DNA of 64,000 bases from Lama glama. Lineage: Eukaryota. The stretch's first letter is position 1. Every line of letters starts with the position of its first letter. Under the pieces are notes generated by a model. It had not been told where the DNA came from, did not search any database, and saw nothing but the letters and a program-made list of their open reading frames with translations. Shown piece after piece: positions 55,000 through 64,000 of the stretch. Made by a program: the position numbers and the translations under genes. The DNA is taken from the NCBI GenBank assembly GCA_028534125.1, contig CM052832.1, positions 17,672,001-17,736,000 of the forward strand, given 5' to 3'.

Positions 55000-55360
55000 C
55001 CAAGTCCTCTCTCGCAGGTCTGTGACGAGGGAGGGGATCGCCAGCGAGAGGTGAGGGAAGGGGGATGCTGCTGACCACGACTATGCCCAGCCCCATCCTC
55101 CACCCAGGAGCGGGGAGAGACTCACCTGGCACGGAGAGGAACAGGTGCGACAACTGGCGTCCTTTGGACCGCCGAACAAAGGCTAGACTCAAACCGACCA
55201 ATCGGCGCCCGGCCGCTGTCGGCAGGGCACTTCCGGTCCGCTCTAGGAAGCCTTGCCTCGGTGGCCGCGGCCGGGCTTCCCTCCGCCCCTCTAGCCGGTG
55301 GAGGACCCGGTTCTTGTATGTTTGCCTGATGCGGCTACGGCGCCCGCAAGACGGATTTCT
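55000..55360 (-). promoter_or_regulatory. ZSCAN16: ZSCAN16 CpG-island promoter and non-coding exon 1
   Basis: Donor CAG|GTGAGT with exon end at 55126; CCAAT at ~55198; ETS CACTTCCGG at 55228-55236. Confidence 0.85.
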
Positions 55361-55661
55361 TTGCTCTTAAAAAACAAAACAAAACCAAAAATAAGAACCC
55401 CGAAAACCTTTTTCCCTCTCAAGATTTTTTTGATTTAATTGTTAAATAAGTAATATGAATATGTAATGCAGTTACATGGTTCAGTATTTAGAAAGAATAG
55501 ATATCCCCCTGCATCTAGTTTTGACAACCAACATTTTTTGTCACATATGGCTGTATCTTTCCGTCGATGTATTATGTATTTATAGATTCCACCCTCTCCC
55601 CAAAACACACACACACACACACACCCCTATATATCTGTTGCCTGAAATAATCCTATATATC

Positions 55662-56145
55662 TGTTGCCTGAAATAAATGAGCAGCCTAAAAGTTATGTTT
55701 TATTTGGTGGACATTTCTGAGGACTCGAACCCCTTTGAGCCTAAGATGACAGCCTCTCAGATCTCTCAGAGAGACTGCTCTGAAGAGGCAGGGGAGGAGC
55801 TAGGATATATATAGGAGCTTTACAACAAAGACTAGGTAGTTGTAACATTAAAATGTTACTTAACTAAAGAAAACTAGACATCTCAAGTTAAAGAATTTAG
55901 CGCTTTTCTCTGTATGGGAGGAAGCAAACATTTGGGTTCATTGAATTCATTCCTTTGACAAGCACCTAGCTATCTAGGGCCAAAATTCTGTCTTTTCTTA
56001 CTGAGTCCTCTCAGAGAGCACCATTGTAAGTGGCTGCAGAGGCCGGGCTGCAGGCTTGTCTTCACTGGGGGTGTTGGCAGCCACTGATGACTTGATTTCA
56101 TCATTCTTTGTTTACTGATATGGTTTGCAGTATTTTTCATTCACA
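55662..56145 (-). mobile_element. Well-preserved solo ERV1-type LTR
   Basis: Minus strand runs TGTGAATGAAAAATAC ... TATATA ... AATAAAACATAAC ... GGCAACA (TG...CA termini); near-TSD atatc/atttc. Confidence 0.8.
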
Positions 56146-56599
56146 ATTTCAGTCAACAAAGCCAATAGAAAAATTGGCAAAGGACTTAAGGTGGCATTTA
56201 CAGAACACAAATATTGATAGACAATAATGATTATTAAAGAGCATTCAAGTTCACTACTTAAAGAATTTAAAAGAATAATGAGCTTTTAAAAATCCTTCAG
56301 ATTACTAAAGACAGAAAGATTGATAATATTCAATACTGGAAACACAGGCACTGTTAGTTGTACATTTTTGGAAGGCAAGACCTATTAAAGTTAATATGTC
56401 TACACCCCTTGATCCAGCAACTTAGCTTTTTTGAGTTATATATATAAAATAATGTGTACAAAGAAACTTTTTTAAAATTTAAATTGGAAAACCCAAATAT
56501 CCAACATTTGGGAATTTAAATTTCTATGTGTCCAATTTTTTAAAATAAATTCACCATCCCACCACTTATGCAACTTATTTATTATGTTGTTTATTGTAG

Positions 56600-56733
56600 T
56601 GTGTTATTGTTTTTCTTTATTTACTTTTTTGTTTGCTTATTTACTTTTTTAAAGTGGAGGTACTGGGGATTGAACCCAGGACCTCGTGCATACTAAACAC
56701 GCTCTTTACCGCTGAGCAGTATCTACCTCTACC
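56600..56733 (-). mobile_element. Camelid-type tRNA-Ala SINE
   Basis: tggaggtactggggattgaacccaggacctcgtgcat is the reverse complement of the SINE head; T-rich tail on the left. Confidence 0.85.
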
Positions 56734-57346
56734 CAATCATTTTTAAAGCTAAAAACTAAAAGATGCCAAAGGCATATTGAGTAAAAAAGATTAGTTATAG
56801 GAAGTCACAAAGCCACATCCAGTTTCAAGGAGTTGGGAAAAAAAGTAAGTTACAAAACAGTATGATATGATCATTTTTGTAAAATAATTATCTTAAATGT
56901 GTTCTTGATGATTATCACTTAGAGCAAACTTACAGAGAACTTGCATTTTACACTTTATATATTTCTGTAAAGTTTAAATTTTTTACAAAAACATACTACT
57001 GGTGTAAACAAAAAAAGGTAAATTGTTTTCAAATCCTATTTATTCTTTACAACCTACAAACAATTTTCCTCTTTGGAGAATGTCATCAATATTTCCTTTC
57101 TCTCTCTGATATTCTTTGCCTGACAGGTTATCCTGTAAAAGGGTATAACACCTTTAAGACGAAAATCAATTCAACTTCCTTGTGCTTCTGAGGGGCAAAT
57201 GTAAGTGATCAAGTCAACCTATGTGGAACGTTTAGAAAGCGTAGAAATAATGAACTTTCAAGTAAGCTTTAGAAAACCCTCCTCTCTGGGGAGAAAAATT
57301 TAGAAAAAGGATAACTCCTGCCCGTCTTTCATTAGAAGTACATGAT

Positions 57347-57445
57347 GGGGGTAGGGATAGGGGTATGTAACTCAGAGGTAGAGCACATGTGGGTTCAGTC
57401 CTCAGTATCTCCATGAAAAAAATGAATTAATTAATTAAAAAAAAG
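57347..57445 (+). mobile_element. Camelid-type tRNA-Ala SINE, internally deleted
   Basis: gtaactcagaggtagagcac...gggttcagtcctcagtatctcca plus A tail; perfect 13-bp TSD agaagtacatgat (57334-57346 / 57446-57458). Confidence 0.85.
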
Positions 57446-58792
57446 AGAAGTACATGATTGAAAGACAAAGCCCCTTCTCTTGATTGTGGCATAATATGTC
57501 CCTCTTAGCCAAATGAGCAAATTAAAAATTCAGAAAATGCTTAACTATTTCCTGTTTCCCCTTTAGTACACAACACACTATTCGCATGTTTCTCCCTCCT
57601 TATTTAGTGCTTTCTTGTATCAAATTCTCTTATCAGATTTTCAAACACAAACCCCACTACCAGCTGTGAACTCCCTGAGTGGCCCAGAATATTCTTCAGG
57701 TACCCCCGGCTTCAGTTGCTTGTCAACTTTAAAGAATCAACTTGCCAGCCCCTTGCTGTGGTAACTCAAATGGTTGAACACCAGACATAATGAGGCTTCC
57801 AACCACTGTCACAGATCCTGTAAAATCCTGGCTCTGCCCTTAACTTAGGTATGTCTTTCCTCTACTTGGATAAGGCCTCTCTGACTTCTTTACTAAGACA
57901 AAAGCAGACAGTCTACGTATAATGAGCAGAACCACCCCCCACCACCAGTTATATCTTCCAAACAAAAATAAAGACTCAGAAAAAACACAAGCGGGCAATT
58001 TAAAAAAAATCAGTACTTGGTAGATGTATATACTCACTTTTTTTCATTATTAAAAAAGAGAGAAAATAAATGACTAAGAATTCAACCAAAGAAATTAGAA
58101 AAGGAATGAGAAAGAAACCCTCAAGGGAAAGGTTAGAAAAGAAATAAAGATAAAAGAAACAGTAAATGAATAAGAAAATAGAAAGATTCTGATGTTAATA
58201 AATAAATCCAAGAATGAAATATTTGTAAATAAGCCCATGAAAACAATAAATCTATGGTAAATTCAACTGAGAGAAGAAAATTAAATTATCAATGACAAAT
58301 AACAGCAGATGAAGAGGTAAGTATGCTACCAAAATTTTAAAAATCTTAATGAAATTGATGAATTTCTGGGGAAAAACCCATTAGTTCCAAAATTCATTCA
58401 ATTAAAAAAGTTTAAATAAACCAATCCTAAAGGAAATAATTGAAAGAAACTATTAAAGAATCATCACCAGAAAGGCTCAGATAATTCTGCAGCATTTTAA
58501 TTTTTTAAAAGTATTTATCACACATGTAGGAATATGAGAGAGGCAGAAAGAAAAGGGGGAGGATCACCCATTTTCATCACCTAAATACAGTCACTGTTGA
58601 TATTTTAATGTCATTTACTTCCAATTTTTAATATTTTTAATCTGTTTGATATAGTTGTGGGATTACATTCAAAAAACACTTTAATAGGCTGTTTAACATT
58701 TTAATGTAATAAAAACTTTTCATTTTATTATAAACTTTTCATAAGAGTGAATTCGATGCAGACATTGTTTGAGATGTAATAAAGAATACCTA

Positions 58793-59877
<1,085 letters not shown>

Positions 59878-60164
59878 CTGAAATAAAAAGTACAGTATTC
59901 AAGTGTCATTGAAATACACAGGAAATAACACACAGGAAACACGTACTAGAAGTACACAGCTTAAATATACCAACAAAATGGTTTTACAACATTGGAGGAG
60001 GAAATTAGGAGATGGCAAAGGAAGAGAGGACTAGTGGTGGCTGGGCTGGGAGGGCATGATTCAAGCAAAGAGTGGAGAAAAATCACAGAGAATTAAGAGT
60101 GATCCAATGAACAAACATAAAAAATAACAGAAAAAGATCTAAGACAAGGATAGGTTCTCCAGGG

Positions 60165-60425
60165 GAGGCCAAAAGTTGAGTAAAGGAATAGACTGAGAGT
60201 TCAAAATTTGTAGATACTGACAGGCATATGTAGAATAGATAAACAAGATTATACTGTATAGCACAGGGAAATATATACAAGATCTTGTGGTAGCTCATAG
60301 CAAAAAAAAAATGTGACAATGAATATACGTATGTTCATGTATAACTGAAAAATTATGCTCTACACTGGAATTTGACACAACATTGTAAAATGACTATAAC
60401 TCAATAAAAAATGTTATAAAAAATA
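60165..60425 (+). mobile_element. Young L1 3' end
   Basis: gataaacaagattatactgtatagcacagggaa...gacacaacattgtaaaatgactataactcaataaaaa. Confidence 0.85.
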
Positions 60426-62595
60426 TACACTGCAGACTAATCAAAATGGAACTATAGAAAATATTCAAGTAACCTACAGATTGGCCAGGAAGCTGAAACA
60501 GAGGAACAACAACAACAACAACAAAAAGAAAAACAGAAGAAGCAAGAAGAAAACAAACGATAAAATAGCAAGCTTAAGCCGTATCAATAATTATGTTATA
60601 TAAATCAACGCAACAGATAATCCAGAATAACCGCAGGATATATTCACACAAGTATGATCAACTGATTTTTCACAAAGGTGTAAAAGCAATTCAGTATAGA
60701 AAGGACAGTCGTTTCCACAAGTGGTGCTGAAACAATTGGATAACTGCATATTAAAGATATAAAGCTCTTGTGGAATAAATGTATTACAAAAAAAAAAAAG
60801 GTTGAGTAGAGAGGGATGAAAGAGCAGGAACTTGGGAGGAGCAAAAGGAGACAGGAAGCCAGCGGTAGTAGGAACCACATTGGAGCCATGAAACAGCTCT
60901 GTGCAGGTTCCTCTGAAGGCCTCTGGGAATACTGAAAGATGAGACACCAGCCACAGAGAAGTATCACATTTCCAAATATGCAGGACAAAGAGATTCGAGT
61001 CTAGACACATGGGGGAGAAAAGGATTTTATTATATGGAGACAGACAGAAATTGCTTTAACTGCAAAGACATTACTATTCTTGCAAAGAAGAACACTGGGA
61101 ATCTGACAAACCTGAAGCTACACTCTGTGGGTCATTCGAGACTTACCAGGAAAACAGTACTAACACAGAAAAGGTGCTCACCAGACCCTATACTCCCATC
61201 TGTTCTTACTCAAGGAAAGCACGATCCCATAACCCCTCTGCCTCTCTTTGCTACAGAGCTTCCTTTGAGCAGACTCCCAACACCCCGCACTCCTCCAGGG
61301 TGGGAGATGTGGCCACTCCTGCAGTGGTCTATAGTTTCTGGAAAAAAGATCTTAAATGGGGGCGGCAAGGGGGAAGGAAAAGACAACTGTGGAGACAGTT
61401 GAAGATCTAGGGTGCAGTACGAGTCAGACCTAACTCTAAGCAGAAGTACGGGGCTGACTGTGCCCAAATGGGTTGCCTAAAGAGACTATGGGATGAGGGA
61501 AGAAGCTCACTGGCAACCTCTCTGAGAAAAGTGACAGCCACTTCTGGCCCTGGAGGTCCCATCCTGTGAAGGGCAGAAACCCAGGGAATAAGGCAGAGCC
61601 AAGAAAGAATGTGGCCAAGAGTGAGATAAACCTTTCCTCAGGGTCTCCTTTTAGGATAGGAACCCATGATAATTTCCTCACCAAACCAGCTTGCAACTAT
61701 GGTTAAAAAACCCCCATTGTTAGTAGTTTATAGAAGGCTATTGTAAAGTGTTTGGGCACTTCAAAACTTTATGTTATAGCTACCTTAGATATATCTGTGT
61801 AGGATTTAAAGGCAAATTAAATAAAGAGACTCATTTAGGTAAGAACATAGTCTTTCAGAGCCATTAGGAAATACAAAATGGCTACAGCAGATGGGCTGCA
61901 GTACATTTAATAGAACTAAAATTGCACATTTAATAGAACTAAAATCTCTATCAGCCTGAGGAGAAAATTTATGGATTAGTGTAAAAAAGCACAGCATAGA
62001 AACTCACTTTCTAACGGACTAGAAAAGGTTGGGGAACACGGGGCACTTCTAGTCAGGATGGCACAGTGAGTTGACACTTCAGCTCCAAATACATTGAGTA
62101 ATAAACAAAAATAAAAACCTAAAAACATACCTGCTAAAAAATAAGATAAACATCTCTGTGGACCAGAAAGGAAACACAAGTGCACAATGGTCGCTACAGT
62201 TGAAGCTGTGGGCATGTTGGGCTTCCGGCCATGACTGAAATTTTAGCCCCAGAGGAAAATGAGGGCCTAAAAGTGCTCCATGAAAGGAGGGACTAGCACC
62301 AGCTCAGGGCTTGATGCCAGAGGCTGGGTGGGACTCACAGACACACACACACAGACACAGATAGACACAGAGAAAGATACAACTCTGTGACCAAGAACCT
62401 TGTCAAGCCACCTGGTAGCCTGTGACTACATTGGTGATAACTGTGCTGCGACATGAAACAGGAGCCCAAAAACTCGGTTCCAGGGGGCCAGGTTAACAGT
62501 AACAACAGAATAGCTAAACACGGAAGGAGACAGTAAACCAAATCAGGAAGAACTCAAAACGAGCCTAGAAACGAACATTTCAAAGCACATGAATC

Positions 62596-62905
62596 GTAGA
62601 AAACAAACTTACGGTTACCAGGGGGGAATGGGGGTGAGGAGGGATAAACTGGGAGTTCAAGATTTGCAGATACTAACTAGTATATATAAAATAGATAAAC
62701 AACAAGTTTTTACTGTACAGTACAGGGAACTATATTCAACATCTTGTAGTAACCTATAATCAAAAAGAATATGAAAATGAATATATGCATGCATATGTAT
62801 GACTGAAACATTATGCTGTACACCAGAAATTGACACAATGTTGTAAACTGACTATATCTCAACTAAAAAAAAGAAAGAAAGAAAAATGAGGCTCATTTAA
62901 AAAAA
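62596..62905 (+). mobile_element. L1 3' end inserted into an older L1
   Basis: aaacaaacttacggttaccagggg...tgctgtacaccagaaattgacaca...A-rich tail; TSD-like cacatgaatc on both sides. Confidence 0.85.
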
Positions 62906-62909
62906 AACA

Positions 62910-63790
62910 CATGAATCAGATGCTAGGAAAGATGGTTAACAAAATCATTTGGAACATGAATTCAATCCAGATGAAATTATTTTCATCAAAAATCCTGAAA
63001 AAAATTAGGAGAATAAAGATACCCGAAAGGTAAATGATGACATACAATCCATGGCAAATAAACATGGAATTATGAAATAAAATAAGTAAAAATGAAGCAA
63101 GGATATCTGATATAAAAGCTGAATAGAAATTTTAGAAACTGATAAATTAGAGATAGAATAAACTAGATGATAATAGAAGAGGAATCCACTAGGACCTCTT
63201 ACAGAGAGACAAGGATGTACAATATGTGAACAAGCAGCTAAATGAAATGAATAGATTAATAAGCATATTCTACTCAGTGTCTTCTGGTAGGTCCAGAAGA
63301 AGGTAATATAAGGAATTTTAAAAAAGCAGCACAACGTAAAGAACTAACGGTTGAGAATTTTCCCAGAATTGAAGAAAAACATGAGTTCTTAGAGCAAAAG
63401 TGCACTGATGGACCAAGAAAGATGAACAAAAAATATAACCCTATCAGGACACACTTTTTCATGAAAATTCAGATTATAAAGGTTAAGTGTACATTGAAAA
63501 GCCACTAATGAGAAAAGATAAAATCCCTAAAAAAAATTTAAAAGGCAAGAAGATGGTAACCTTTTAACAGCAAACAATAGAAGCTAGAAGACAGTGAAGT
63601 AGTATCTTCAAAATGCTGAGGGAAAAAAAATTGTCAATTAGAATTTTACCCTAGCTAAACCATAATTAAAAAGGGAGGGCAAAATAAGGATAAGATATGC
63701 AAAGACTAAGCCTACTACCCAGAGAACCTTGCTACAGTAAAATATATAAAGGATGAACTTCAACAAGAGTGACTCCAGAAGGTGCTGGTA
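62910..63790 (+). mobile_element. Old L1 ORF1 relic
   Basis: gagaattttcccagaattgaag, acaatagaagctagaagacagtg..atcttcaaaatgctgagggaaa, agaattttaccctagctaaac. Confidence 0.75.
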
Positions 63791-63810
63791 TACAAGAAGA
63801 GCGGCTCACA

Positions 63811-63940
63811 GAGGGTACAGCTCAGTGACAGAGTGTGTGCTTAGCATGCACAAGGTCCTGCGTTCAATCCCAATGCACCTCCATTAAAGATAAATACATA
63901 AGTAGGCCTAATTACCTAACCCCCCCCAAAACAAAGAAAT
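63811..63940 (+). mobile_element. Camelid-type tRNA-Ala SINE
   Basis: gagggtacagctcagtg...cttagcatgcacaaggtcctgcgttcaatccc...cctaattacc tail. Confidence 0.85.
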
Positions 63941-64000
63941 TTTAAAAAGTATCAGAAATTGATAAAACGTGTCAGAAAACCTAACAAACAAAAAAATCTA

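Overview
Mammalian genomic DNA, probably camelid (five tRNA-Ala-derived vic-1-type SINEs), from the SCAN/C2H2 zinc-finger cluster syntenic with human 6p22.1. All protein-coding content is on the minus strand. By hand I assembled ZKSCAN8/ZNF192 (5 coding exons, 578 aa, SCAN + divergent KRAB-A + 9 fingers) and ZSCAN16 (3 coding exons, 348 aa, SCAN + 4 fingers). The window also holds an intact tRNA-Ser(GCT), two decayed zinc-finger exons (~11-12 kb, ~59 kb), many L1/L2/LTR/DNA-transposon relics and a 500-N gap. The most interesting area is 11-22 kb. An intact 8-finger ORF (17303-18115) lacks any live SCAN/KRAB exon; dead SCAN and linker exons lie upstream (20.4-21.0 kb), and a CpG island homologous to the ZSCAN16 promoter sits between them and can splice directly onto the finger exon. 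A second, fully dead SCAN-linker-ZNF unit lies downstream. Four CpG islands share an ETS + CTCTAGGA element, one of them an orphan island with a plus-strand lncRNA-like exon structure. Gene and repeat names come from recall of consensus sequences, not database searches; repeat boundaries are approximate.
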